Positions 8,595-17,489 of a stretch of DNA of 37,191 bases are shown here, piece after piece; within the stretch, counting starts at the first letter, position 1; each line of letters begins with the position of its first letter. The stretch lies in assembly GCA_045601865.1 (NCBI GenBank), contig JAZSAK010000029.1, forward strand, positions 1 to 37,191. Reading direction: 5' to 3'. Below the pieces are notes generated by a model. It ran no database searches, had not been told where the DNA came from, and was given only the letters and a program-made list of their open reading frames with translations. The translations under genes were made by a program, and so were the position numbers. The stretch comes from Faecousia sp. Lineage in GTDB: Bacteria > Bacillota > Clostridia > Oscillospirales > Oscillospiraceae.

Positions 8595-9266
8595 ATGCAA
8601 AAACCCGTGGTCGATTATGGTGAATTTCGATTTTCCAGGCTGACAGAGCCCCGTTTTTCCCACTTGCTCTTGCTTTTGGGATGGGTGGTGTATTTTGTTC
8701 TTTACTTTTTGACAGAAAACTTGATTCCAGCGGATGAATGTTATCCGGTGCATTGTGTCATAGATGATTGGATCCCCTTTTGTGAATGGTTTCTGATTCC
8801 TTATGCTGGCTGGTATGCACTGATTGTGTTTTCATTGGTGTATTTTGCCCTTTATAATGTAGATAACTTTAGAAAGCTGCAAATATACATTATGATAACC
8901 CAAGCGGTAGCGATGATATGCTATATTGCTTTTCCCACCCGTCAAGATTTGCGTCCGGCAGAGTTTTCGAGGGATAACCTTTTGACGCAGGCTATAGCTT
9001 GTCTTTATGCCGTCGATACAAATACCGGCGTATGTCCGTCCTTGCATGTTGCATATTCGTTAGGTATTGCATCTGTATGGCTAAGGGAAAAATCCGCAGG
9101 TGTAGTGGGTAAAACGCTGATTGTAATTGCCGTGATTTTAATTTGCCTTTCCACAATGTTCATTAAACAACATTCTGCGGTGGATGTTTTTGCGGCACTG
9201 CTGGTTTGCCTGCTGACAGAGCTGATTGTATTTCGTGATCGATATTTTACAAAGTGTACTTTTTAG
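8595..9266 (+). CDS. PAP2-superfamily membrane protein (Aur1/IPC-synthase-like phosphotransferase or phosphatase)
   Basis: ATG 8595 after AAGGAG. Motifs IDDWIPF, FPT...RP, D...CPSLHV and STMFIKQHSAVD; about 6 TM segments. Confidence 0.82.
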   Translation: MQKPVVDYGEFRFSRLTEPRFSHLLLLLGWVVYFVLYFLTENLIPADECYPVHCVIDDWIPFCEWFLIPYAGWYALIVFSLVYFALYNVDNFRKLQIYIMITQAVAMICYIAFPTRQDLRPAEFSRDNLLTQAIACLYAVDTNTGVCPSLHVAYSLGIASVWLREKSAGVVGKTLIVIAVILICLSTMFIKQHSAVDVFAALLVCLLTELIVFRDRYFTKCTF

Positions 9267-9280
9267 GAAGTACACTTTTT
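9251..9280 (+). terminator. Intrinsic terminator
   Basis: AAAGTGTACTTT...GAAGTACACTTTTT hairpin overlapping the stop codon. Confidence 0.7.
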
Positions 9281-9344
9281 GTTATGATATGTTATGAGGT
9301 GATAGATAGAAAAGATAACATTTTCAAAACCGTGCAGTTTTCGG

Positions 9345-9372
9345 TTGCTTTTTGTAGTTTTTATGTTATAAT
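9345..9372 (+). promoter_or_regulatory. Putative promoter of metV-metF
   Basis: TTGCTT, 16 bp, TATAAT, with an extended -10 TG. Confidence 0.55.
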
Positions 9373-9457
9373 TGTGTTAAGACTTGGTAGGGTTTGCGCT
9401 CTACAATTACGGCAAGTTCTTTTATTGTCCGTACATACGGAAAGGAGAAGTGAAACC

Positions 9458-10108
9458 ATGATTATTACGCAAAAAAAACCTATTGAAGAAGTAATGGCGA
9501 TGGTCGGCGATGCCAAAACAGTTGCAATCGTCGGATGTGGCAGCTGTGCAACGGCATGCCAAACCGGCGGAGAGCCGCAAATTGCGGAGCTGACCGCTGT
9601 TTTAGAGCAGGCAGGCAAAAAGGTGGTTGCAACTACGGTTTGCGATTATTGCTGCATGAATTTGGGTGTTAAGGCGAAAATGAAGGCGATTAACGCGGAA
9701 AATCCAGACTGCGTTGTGTGCATGTCCTGCGGTGACGGTGTACAGTGCGTTGCAAAAAATGCCAACGACAAGCCGGTTTATCCGTCTAACAACACAATGT
9801 ACTTAGGTGAAGCCGTTCGCTTTGGCGTGTGGGAGGAAGCCTGCCGCTTCTGCGGACAATGTGTACTGGGTCAGACCGGCGCTGTTTGTCCCATCACACA
9901 ATGTGCAAAGAGCCTTGTAAACGGTCCTTGTGGTGGTCAAAAGAATGGCAAGTGCGAGGTTAATCCAGAGAATGACTGTGCTTGGATTAAAATTTACAAC
10001 CGCTTGGAGGCTACCGGACAGCTGGAAAAGCTGGCGCAGCGCCGTGAGGATAAGGGCTATGGCGATTATGCCTATCCCAGAACCATTAGCTTGAGGGGGA
10101 AGAAATAA
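9458..10108 (+). CDS. metV: Methylene-THF reductase small Fe-S/Zn subunit MetV (MTHFR C-terminal domain family)
   Basis: ATG 9458 after AAGGAG. Cys motifs GCGSCATACQTGG, SCGDGVQ, CRFCGQC, CPITQCAKSLVNGPCGG and GKCEV...CAW. The stop overlaps the metF start. Confidence 0.9.
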   Translation: MIITQKKPIEEVMAMVGDAKTVAIVGCGSCATACQTGGEPQIAELTAVLEQAGKKVVATTVCDYCCMNLGVKAKMKAINAENPDCVVCMSCGDGVQCVAKNANDKPVYPSNNTMYLGEAVRFGVWEEACRFCGQCVLGQTGAVCPITQCAKSLVNGPCGGQKNGKCEVNPENDCAWIKIYNRLEATGQLEKLAQRREDKGYGDYAYPRTISLRGKK

Positions 10109-11031
10109 TGAGCATATTGAAAGACGCACTGGAATCCGGTAAGTTTGGTGTAACTGCCGAGATGGCACCCCCCAAGGGATATGACTTTACTGAGCAGATG
10201 GAAGCTGCGCAATTGCTGAAGGGCAAGGTCCACGGTGTCAATGTTACAGATATGCAATCTGCCAGTCTAAAAGCTACCGGCTTGGGTCTTTGCATTAAGC
10301 TGAAGCAGGCTGGTGTTGAGCCAATCTTACAGATGACCGGTCGTGACCGTAATCGTATGGCGTTGATGGGCGATGCACTTGCAGCAGCTTCTTTTGGCAT
10401 CGACACGATGCTGGCATTGACCGGTGACCATCCGGTTGTTGGTGACTGCCGTGATGCAAAGCCTGTATATGATTTAGATAGTGTAGGTATCTTAAAGATG
10501 CTCAGCGATATGGAAGTCTCCGGCTGTGACTGCGGTGGCAATGAGCTGGCAGGCGGCGCACCTAAGTTCTATAAAGGCGCATCTGTTACTCCGGTTTATG
10601 AACCTCTGTTTTTGCAGTTAAACAAGCTGCGTCAGAAGGTGGAGGCCGGCGCTATGTACATACAGACCCAGGGAATTTTCGACCTGGATACCTTTAAGCG
10701 CTTCTTAGAGCAGGTAGATATGATGGGTATTAAGACGCACATCATGGCGGGTATCATCCCCCTTAAATCTGCAGGCATGGCAAAGTATATGAACGAGAAT
10801 GTCCCCGGAATAGACGTACCTCAGGATATGATTGATCGTCTGTCCGCTGCTGCTGCAGAAGGTAAGGAAAAGGGTGTAAAGGGTTTGCCTACCCAGTTGG
10901 GCATTGAGATGGCAGCAGAGATGATTGCCAAAATTAAGGACGAAAAGCTGTGCGATGGCGTGCATATTATGGCGATTGGCGCAGAAAAAAATGTCCCCAC
11001 GATTTTGGAAAAAGCGGGTATCGCAATTTAA
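10108..11031 (+). CDS. metF: 5,10-methylenetetrahydrofolate reductase MetF
   Basis: Motifs TAEMAPPKG, NVTD, RDRNR, LTGD, QKVEAGA..IQTQ and GVHIM. Confidence 0.93.
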   Translation: MSILKDALESGKFGVTAEMAPPKGYDFTEQMEAAQLLKGKVHGVNVTDMQSASLKATGLGLCIKLKQAGVEPILQMTGRDRNRMALMGDALAAASFGIDTMLALTGDHPVVGDCRDAKPVYDLDSVGILKMLSDMEVSGCDCGGNELAGGAPKFYKGASVTPVYEPLFLQLNKLRQKVEAGAMYIQTQGIFDLDTFKRFLEQVDMMGIKTHIMAGIIPLKSAGMAKYMNENVPGIDVPQDMIDRLSAAAAEGKEKGVKGLPTQLGIEMAAEMIAKIKDEKLCDGVHIMAIGAEKNVPTILEKAGIAI

Positions 11032-11042
11032 TGCAATATTTA

Positions 11043-11069
11043 AAGGCACCGAGCATCACTCGGTGCCTT
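11043..11069. terminator. Bidirectional terminator between metF and the U32 gene
   Basis: 11-bp stem AAGGCACCGAG/CTCGGTGCCTT between convergent stops. Confidence 0.75.
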
Positions 11070-11071
11070 GC

Positions 11072-12289
11072 TTATTTTGCAGATAAGTCCATTTGACGAC
11101 GCAGGATGGTCATTGGCGGAACCTGCTTTGGGAGCGTAATGTAAAATTTCATCTGTGGTGTTCTGGGTTCGTCCAAAGGATTGTTGTGTAAATCTTTCAT
11201 ATTTCCTGCAATTAAGGAGAATGGAGCCATATCCGGACCAACAGCTTCCAAGGCATTCCCTTGGGAGAATTTATTTCGCAAACTGCATGTCGCAAGCCCG
11301 TTTTCATCACAGCTTTCCACAATGGCACACACCTGCCAGTTGCGAATGTAGCGGGAGTTTTCAACATATTGTCCCGGTTGACCAAAATAAAATCCGGTGG
11401 AGTAAACGCGATGAGAAACGCGCTCTACCTCTTCACGCCAGATAGGGTTAATCGGCCTGCCTGCAGCAACATCGTCAATGCAGTGCCGGTAAGCACCGGT
11501 TACGATGGCAGCGTAATAGGCAGATTTGGCTCTGCCCTCAATTTTAATGCAGTCTACACCGGCATCCATCAACTCGGCAAGGTGGTCAATCATGCACATA
11601 TCCCGAGAGTTGAGAATGTAGGTGCCTTTTTCATCTTCATATACTGGGAAAAATTCTCCTGGCCGTTTTTCCTCCATCAAAGCATATTGATATCGACACG
11701 GTTGTGCGCAAGCACCGCGGTTGGAATCTCTGCCGGTCATGTAATTACTTAGCAAACACCGACCGGAATAGCTAACGCACATTGCACCATGACCAAAGGT
11801 CTCAATTTCCAGTTCTTTAGGCGTTTTTTCCCGGATAGTGCGGATTTCCTCCAGACTTAGTTCCCGCGCTAGTACAACTCTTTTTGCTCCTAAATCATAC
11901 CATGCCTTAGCGCATTCGTAGTTGGCAATGGATTGCTGTGTAGAGATGTGTCGCTGACAGTTGGGCGCGTACTTTCCTGCAAGTGTAAAGGCACCCATAT
12001 CTGCAACAATCAAGGCATCTACGCCGGAATCGTTGAGCTGTTCTAAATAAGCCGGCAACTGCCTGATTTCCTCGTTTCGAGGCATGGTGTTGACGGTGAC
12101 GTGCACCTTTACACCATGGCTATGAGCAAAATCCACAGCACTCGGTAATTCCTCAGCAGAGAAATTACCTGCGAAGGAGCGCATGCCGAAGTCTGTTCCG
12201 GCAAGATAAACGGCGTCAGCGCCATAAAGCACAGACATTTTCAGCCGTTCCATATCTCCGGCGGGGCTTAATAATTCCAATTTTGTCAT
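11072..12289 (-). CDS. Peptidase U32 family protein, TrhP-like (probable tRNA ho5U hydroxylation)
   Basis: Motifs ELLSPAG, GADAVY, HISTQ, E.FGHGAMCVSYSGRC, NRGACAQPCR and KIEGR. It follows mltG, as in the B. subtilis yrrL-yrrO locus. Confidence 0.9.
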   Translation of the reverse strand: MTKLELLSPAGDMERLKMSVLYGADAVYLAGTDFGMRSFAGNFSAEELPSAVDFAHSHGVKVHVTVNTMPRNEEIRQLPAYLEQLNDSGVDALIVADMGAFTLAGKYAPNCQRHISTQQSIANYECAKAWYDLGAKRVVLARELSLEEIRTIREKTPKELEIETFGHGAMCVSYSGRCLLSNYMTGRDSNRGACAQPCRYQYALMEEKRPGEFFPVYEDEKGTYILNSRDMCMIDHLAELMDAGVDCIKIEGRAKSAYYAAIVTGAYRHCIDDVAAGRPINPIWREEVERVSHRVYSTGFYFGQPGQYVENSRYIRNWQVCAIVESCDENGLATCSLRNKFSQGNALEAVGPDMAPFSLIAGNMKDLHNNPLDEPRTPQMKFYITLPKQVPPMTILRRQMDLSAK

Positions 12290-12290
12290 A

Positions 12291-13700
12291 TTAGTTACCG
12301 TTAATAAAGTTTAGATGTTCTTGATAGGTTTTGAAGAATTTGTGTTCTCTGGAGTCCGCTTCCGGATCTAAGGCATAGTAATAGTAGCTGGAATCTTCCG
12401 GATTCAATGCAGACTTTAGGTTAAGCTGACCGGGATTGGAAATCGGTCCGGGTGGCAAACCTTCATACCGGTAGGTGTTATATGGATGGTCAATTTTTAA
12501 ATCCTCGGCAGTCAGATCCTTTTTTCCATCCAAGGCATAAACCACAGTGGCATCAATATTCAAGAATGGGAAATTGGGGCTGGTTAGCCGGTTGTAGATA
12601 ACCGAGGCAATTTTCACGCTTTCACCACTGTGGGCGCTTTCCTTTTCCACCATAGATGCCACAGTGACCAAATCCAAAACCGTAAGTTTGTGTTCTGCAA
12701 TATAGCTTTGGGAATAACCCCTCTTGGCGTACATCTTGGCAAGACGCTCGTTCAGGGTGACCAGCTCCTCTTGCATTTCTTCCGTAAACTGGTCATCAAA
12801 GCGATTAAGGAATTTAATAAAAACACGCTTAGGTGTATCGTTGGTGTAAAATTGGTAGGTATCGGGGAATAGGAAGCCCTCCAAACAGTATTTATTTCCT
12901 CTTTCTACGCCCTCTAAGAACCAGTAATCTGTGAATTCGCTTTCGCTGGCATACGCTTCCAAATCTTGTACAGAACATACACCCTTTTCTTCCAGCAAAC
13001 TGAAAATTTGGGCGCAGGTATAGCCTTCAGGAATCATAACATCGATGGTTTGACGATACGAGGAGGTGGCAGACATTCCGCTTACCAAGGCGTGGTAATC
13101 ATACTTGGTATTTAACTCAAAAGTGCCGGCACTTATTTTTTCCTTTTCCTCTACCTTGGCCAAGCCACAGTACATTTTGAAAAGACCGGGATACTCGATT
13201 AAACCGGCATTTTGCAGTTTCGTGGTGACAGTGTCCAGTGTGTCTGTTTCCGTAATGGTAAGGGTAACCGTACGGTCATTACGACCGAAGGCCAATAAAT
13301 CAGTGGCACAAATCCACACAAAACGCCCCAAAGAGATTCCAATTGCAATAGCAAGTGCAAGCCAAATCGCAGTGGCAGCCAAATGCGGCAGCCCAAACAG
13401 ACCGTAACCGTTTTTCCGTTTGGGACGAACCTTGCGAATCACACCGTTATCATTTTCCTGAAAAGATTCCGGCGCTTGCGTTTCGGCAGGCTCTGGGTCC
13501 ACTGCGGCTGCAGGAATTTGCAAATCCTCATCGTAGGCTTCCTGCAAAATCTTTTCCCAATCCTCATCCAAAATGGTATGGTCGGGCTGAGGGTCAGCGG
13601 GTGAATCCGTTTCCGCCACGCTTTCCTGCTTCACCTTTTTCATTAAATCCTCAAACCACTGGTTGTCATCGGGTTGACTGTTAAATACATCGTTTTTCAT
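12291..13700 (-). CDS. mltG: Endolytic transglycosylase MltG with an acidic cytoplasmic N-terminus
   Basis: One TM helix followed by IPEG, LEGFLFPDTY, ASMVEKE, VIYNRL and PYNTY...GLPPGPISNPG. Confidence 0.93.
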   Translation of the reverse strand: MKNDVFNSQPDDNQWFEDLMKKVKQESVAETDSPADPQPDHTILDEDWEKILQEAYDEDLQIPAAAVDPEPAETQAPESFQENDNGVIRKVRPKRKNGYGLFGLPHLAATAIWLALAIAIGISLGRFVWICATDLLAFGRNDRTVTLTITETDTLDTVTTKLQNAGLIEYPGLFKMYCGLAKVEEKEKISAGTFELNTKYDYHALVSGMSATSSYRQTIDVMIPEGYTCAQIFSLLEEKGVCSVQDLEAYASESEFTDYWFLEGVERGNKYCLEGFLFPDTYQFYTNDTPKRVFIKFLNRFDDQFTEEMQEELVTLNERLAKMYAKRGYSQSYIAEHKLTVLDLVTVASMVEKESAHSGESVKIASVIYNRLTSPNFPFLNIDATVVYALDGKKDLTAEDLKIDHPYNTYRYEGLPPGPISNPGQLNLKSALNPEDSSYYYYALDPEADSREHKFFKTYQEHLNFINGN

Positions 13701-13715
13701 GGCTTCGTCCTCTCG

Positions 13716-14258
13716 TCAGCGAATTACGATTTGCTTTTGGATGCTTTGTGCAGCTTCGCTTCCTTTTAGTGCTTCCACCAGTGCAAGACCAAAGGGTATT
13801 GCACAACCGGCGGAGGTACCGGTAATAAGCCCTCCATCTCGAACACACGGAACATCCGCAACCATATTTGCGCCGCACATATCTGCTTCACAGCCGGGAT
13901 AGCAGGTAGCGGATCTCCCGTCCGTAATGCCCAAATCTGCCAAAACGGCAGGTCCTGCACAGATCGCGGCTACAAACTTATCGTTTTCCCATGCAAAGCG
14001 CAGTGCATCCATGGCTTTCTGACTTGCCCGCACAGAGGCAACACCGCCCAAGCCGCCGGGCAGTACAATCATATCCAAATTTGTCAGGTCCATTTCATCA
14101 AGGGTAATATCGGCAGTTATGCCAATATTATGACCACCATAAATAATTTTTCCATTAATGCCAACTGTGCATACTTTCAGTCCTGCACGGCGCATAATAT
14201 CCAATGGGGCAACGGCCTCTATTTCTTCGAAGCCGGTACCCAATAGCATGTAAACCAT
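13716..14258 (-). CDS. DJ-1/PfpI family protein (YajL/ThiJ-like)
   Basis: ATG 14258 after GGAGG. Motifs GFEEIEA, LPGG, AAICAGP and ATCYPG. Confidence 0.9.
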   Translation of the reverse strand: MVYMLLGTGFEEIEAVAPLDIMRRAGLKVCTVGINGKIIYGGHNIGITADITLDEMDLTNLDMIVLPGGLGGVASVRASQKAMDALRFAWENDKFVAAICAGPAVLADLGITDGRSATCYPGCEADMCGANMVADVPCVRDGGLITGTSAGCAIPFGLALVEALKGSEAAQSIQKQIVIR

Positions 14259-14260
14259 TG

Positions 14261-14929
14261 TTATTCCTCCAGGCATTTCTGCACAAGTGCATAAATCTCG
14301 TTGTGGATGTCCTCAATACTGCGCATTTTATCATCTTGCACACATTCGATAATATGCCAACCGTAATACTGCGCCGCACGGCGGCCGGTCTCACGGCAGA
14401 TAGCCAAATAAGTCATGTCCTGCTCGTGGATATCTGCGTGGGTATTGGTTTGCTGTTCGCGATGGCGCATAAGCTTTTCGGTAAAAGCCGTAGGCACATC
14501 CAAATAGATAACCAAATCTGGGCGGGGCAAACCTAAGCGTTCATATTCAAAATCATATAGCCACTTAAGGAAACTGGCCTGTTTTTCCACCGGCTCTTTT
14601 GAAGCTTGATGAACGGCGTTGGATGTGGTGTATCGATCGGAGACGATTAATCCGCCATTTTCGTACCAATTACCCCAGTCCTGCTTGTAGGAAGCGTAAC
14701 GGTCGACTGCAAAAAAGGTAGACGCAGCATATGCGTTGACATCCGACGGAGCAGAACCAAATTCACCACCCAAATACATACGGATAAGTGCAGAGCTTTG
14801 TTCTGCGTATCGGGGGAATACCAACGTTTGAAATTGTTGTGCATCCCGCTGCAAACGCTGCGTTAGATGCTGAAATTGCGTGGACTTTCCGGATCCGTCT
14901 GTACCTTCAATTACGATTAGCTTTCCCAT
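14261..14929 (-). CDS. tmk: Thymidylate kinase
   Basis: P-loop IEGTDGSGKSTQ, FPRY, DRY..SN and PDLVIYLD. Confidence 0.9.
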   Translation of the reverse strand: MGKLIVIEGTDGSGKSTQFQHLTQRLQRDAQQFQTLVFPRYAEQSSALIRMYLGGEFGSAPSDVNAYAASTFFAVDRYASYKQDWGNWYENGGLIVSDRYTTSNAVHQASKEPVEKQASFLKWLYDFEYERLGLPRPDLVIYLDVPTAFTEKLMRHREQQTNTHADIHEQDMTYLAICRETGRRAAQYYGWHIIECVQDDKMRSIEDIHNEIYALVQKCLEE

Positions 14930-15046
14930 ATTGCCCGTCTCCTGTATACTGCAGAATATTTCATGTATACAATACCATATTTTTTATAGTTTGTCCACAC
15001 CTGATAGGGGATATAAAAAGGTTTTCTTTTCCAATTGTCAGAATGC

Positions 15047-15075
15047 TTGCATTTTCGACATAGTAGGTGTATAAT
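15047..15075 (+). promoter_or_regulatory. Putative sigmaA promoter of the LCP gene
   Basis: TTGCAT, 17 bp, TATAAT. Confidence 0.65.
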
Positions 15076-15115
15076 GTCCTAAAACAAATTTTCGTTGCCT
15101 TTTGGGGGGAACAAC

Positions 15116-16189
15116 ATGAAGCAAAATAAAAACATGAAAAAGCGTGTCGGCACTTGGCAACGCAATATCTTAATTGCACTTTGCTCGGTGCTGTCCGTTG
15201 TTTTGATCATACTGGTTTTCGGTACGGTTTACGTCCATTCGCTGCTGAACAATTTACAGCGTGTAGATCCGGATAATGAAACAATGATGGGTGTCAGCGA
15301 ATTTCAAGATATGTTACATGGCGATCCGGACTTGGAGACCGTTGACCCCAATAGCAGTGAAACGATTCCGCATATTAACGGCATTGAAATTGATAATGAT
15401 GATGTTGAAACCATTCGGCATGGCAGTCATGTTAAGAATATTTTGCTGGTTGGGCAGGACCGTCGTCCCGGTCAGGGAAGACAGCGTTCTGATTCCATGA
15501 TTTTGCTGACCATCAACACTTCCCGAAAAACCATTACAATGACCTCCTTTATGCGTGACCAATATGTAGAGATTCCAGGCTATTTGCCCAATAAATTAAA
15601 TGCGCCCTATGTGTCCGGCGGATTTAAATTGCTCAATGCCACCCTGGAAGAGAATTTTGGTATTTTGATAGATGGCAATGTGGAAGTGGACTTTACCAGC
15701 TTTGCGAAATTGGTGGATATGCTGGGCGGTGTGGAGATTGAACTGACACAGGCAGAGGTGGATTGGCTCCGCTATCACAATGGACACGACTTGAAGGCAG
15801 GCATGAATTTGCTTACCGGTGAGCAGGCGCTAAACTATTCCCGTATCCGAAAGCTGGACAGCGATTACAAGCGTTCCCAGCGCCAGCAGAAGGTGCTGAC
15901 CTCCTTATTTGAAGCCTATAAGAATAAGCCTGTAACAGAGCTTTTCTCCATTCTGGACGACATTTTGGGCATGGTAAAAACCGACATGAGCAATGCCGAA
16001 ATCTTGAGTCTTGCCGGCGACATTCTGCCAATGCTTTCCAGCATGGAAACCAACAATTTGCGGATTCCGGTGGACGGCACATTCTCGGCGGGTACCGTGC
16101 AGGTTCGTGATGGATTGGCCGGATGGTTTGAGTATAATATTGACTTTAAGGCGAACCAAAAAATTTTGGCGCATCTTTACGAAAAATAA
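15116..16189 (+). CDS. LytR-CpsA-Psr (LCP) family cell-wall glycopolymer ligase
   Basis: N-terminal TM; NILLVGQD, RSDSM, SFMRD, KLN, VDMLGGV and YSRIR..DSD..RSQRQ. The start is ATG 15116 or a slightly later ATG. Confidence 0.92.
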   Translation: MKQNKNMKKRVGTWQRNILIALCSVLSVVLIILVFGTVYVHSLLNNLQRVDPDNETMMGVSEFQDMLHGDPDLETVDPNSSETIPHINGIEIDNDDVETIRHGSHVKNILLVGQDRRPGQGRQRSDSMILLTINTSRKTITMTSFMRDQYVEIPGYLPNKLNAPYVSGGFKLLNATLEENFGILIDGNVEVDFTSFAKLVDMLGGVEIELTQAEVDWLRYHNGHDLKAGMNLLTGEQALNYSRIRKLDSDYKRSQRQQKVLTSLFEAYKNKPVTELFSILDDILGMVKTDMSNAEILSLAGDILPMLSSMETNNLRIPVDGTFSAGTVQVRDGLAGWFEYNIDFKANQKILAHLYEK

Positions 16190-16193
16190 GATT

Positions 16194-16229
16194 GCAACCC
16201 CATCGTGTATGCGATGGGGTTGCCTTTTG
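16194..16229 (+). terminator. Intrinsic terminator
   Basis: Stem GCAACCCCATCGT/GCGATGGGGTTGC followed by CTTTTG. Confidence 0.75.
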
Positions 16230-16304
16230 CTGTTATTGTGGTTGCATATTTTCATGAAAGCTGATAAAATAACAGAAATACCGAAATTATGAAGGAAGAA
16301 CATC

Positions 16305-17489
16305 ATGACTCAGAACATTACCTTTGCAGAACTTGGCTTGAGCGATGCGATGCTGAAAGCATTGGAAAAAAAGGGATATGGCTATCCCACCACCATTCAA
16401 GCAGAGGCAATTCCATGCTTTTTGCAGTGGAAGGATGTGATTGCAAAAGCCCCAACCGGAACGGGAAAGACTTTTGCTTTCGGCATCCCGATGATTGAAC
16501 ATATTGACAGCCAATGCACCGATGTGCAGGGCTTGATTTTGGCACCCACGCGGGAACTGGCGATCCAGATTGGTGACGAATTGCGGGGCCTTTTAACCTA
16601 TTATCAAGGGATTCGTGTGGCAGTGCTGTACGGCGGTGCAGGTATTGGTGGGCAGATTCAGCAGCTGCAAAAGAAGCCCCAAATTGTGGTGGCAACTCCC
16701 GGCAGACTGATGGATCACTATAATCGCAAAACCATCCGCTTGGACAAAATACAGACAGTGGTTTTGGATGAAGCCGACCGTATGCTTGATATGGGCTTTT
16801 TTAAGGATGTGACCCGTATCATTGAAAAGGTAAAAAACCGCCGGAATTTGGGGCTGTTTTCTGCCACGATTTCGCAAGAGGTTATGACGGTTTCCTGGAT
16901 GTACCAACGCGATGAGGTGGAGATTACTGTAGAGCCCAAACAAGAAGATAAACCGGATATTGACCAGTACTGCCTGACGGTAACGCCTCTGGAAAAAGCG
17001 GAAACGGTTTTGCGCTTGATTCGAAGCCAAGGCTTTGAACGGGTTATGATTTTTTGTAATACCAAGCACATGTGTCAGCGGCTGTGTGATGATTTTTTGC
17101 GCGCAGGCATGGACTGCGGCTGTATCCATGGGGATATCCGCCAGAGCCAGCGGGAAAAGACAATGCAACGCTATCGCGACGGAAAACTGGCGATTCTAAT
17201 CGCAACAGATGTTGCATCCCGGGGAATTGATGTAGATGATGTGGATTGTGTAATTAACTATGATATTCCTGAAGAAAATGAATATTATGTCCACAGAATC
17301 GGCAGGACCGGCAGAGCAAAGCGCAAGGGTAGTGCTTACTCTATCCTGGGAAACTTCCCGGAAAAAGCAAAGCTGGACGAAATTGCAAAGTTTTCTCATT
17401 ATGAGATAAAACCTATGACTTTGACAGCGGACGGCACTTTACAGGAAGAAGTCAAAGTGTCCGTACCACCCAAGAGGCGTTTGCGTTGA
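16305..17489 (+). CDS. DEAD-box RNA helicase (compact, no C-terminal accessory domain)
   Basis: Q motif GY..PT.IQ, APTGTGKT, PTRELA, TPGR, DEAD, SAT and HRIGRTGR. Confidence 0.95.
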   Translation: MTQNITFAELGLSDAMLKALEKKGYGYPTTIQAEAIPCFLQWKDVIAKAPTGTGKTFAFGIPMIEHIDSQCTDVQGLILAPTRELAIQIGDELRGLLTYYQGIRVAVLYGGAGIGGQIQQLQKKPQIVVATPGRLMDHYNRKTIRLDKIQTVVLDEADRMLDMGFFKDVTRIIEKVKNRRNLGLFSATISQEVMTVSWMYQRDEVEITVEPKQEDKPDIDQYCLTVTPLEKAETVLRLIRSQGFERVMIFCNTKHMCQRLCDDFLRAGMDCGCIHGDIRQSQREKTMQRYRDGKLAILIATDVASRGIDVDDVDCVINYDIPEENEYYVHRIGRTGRAKRKGSAYSILGNFPEKAKLDEIAKFSHYEIKPMTLTADGTLQEEVKVSVPPKRRLR

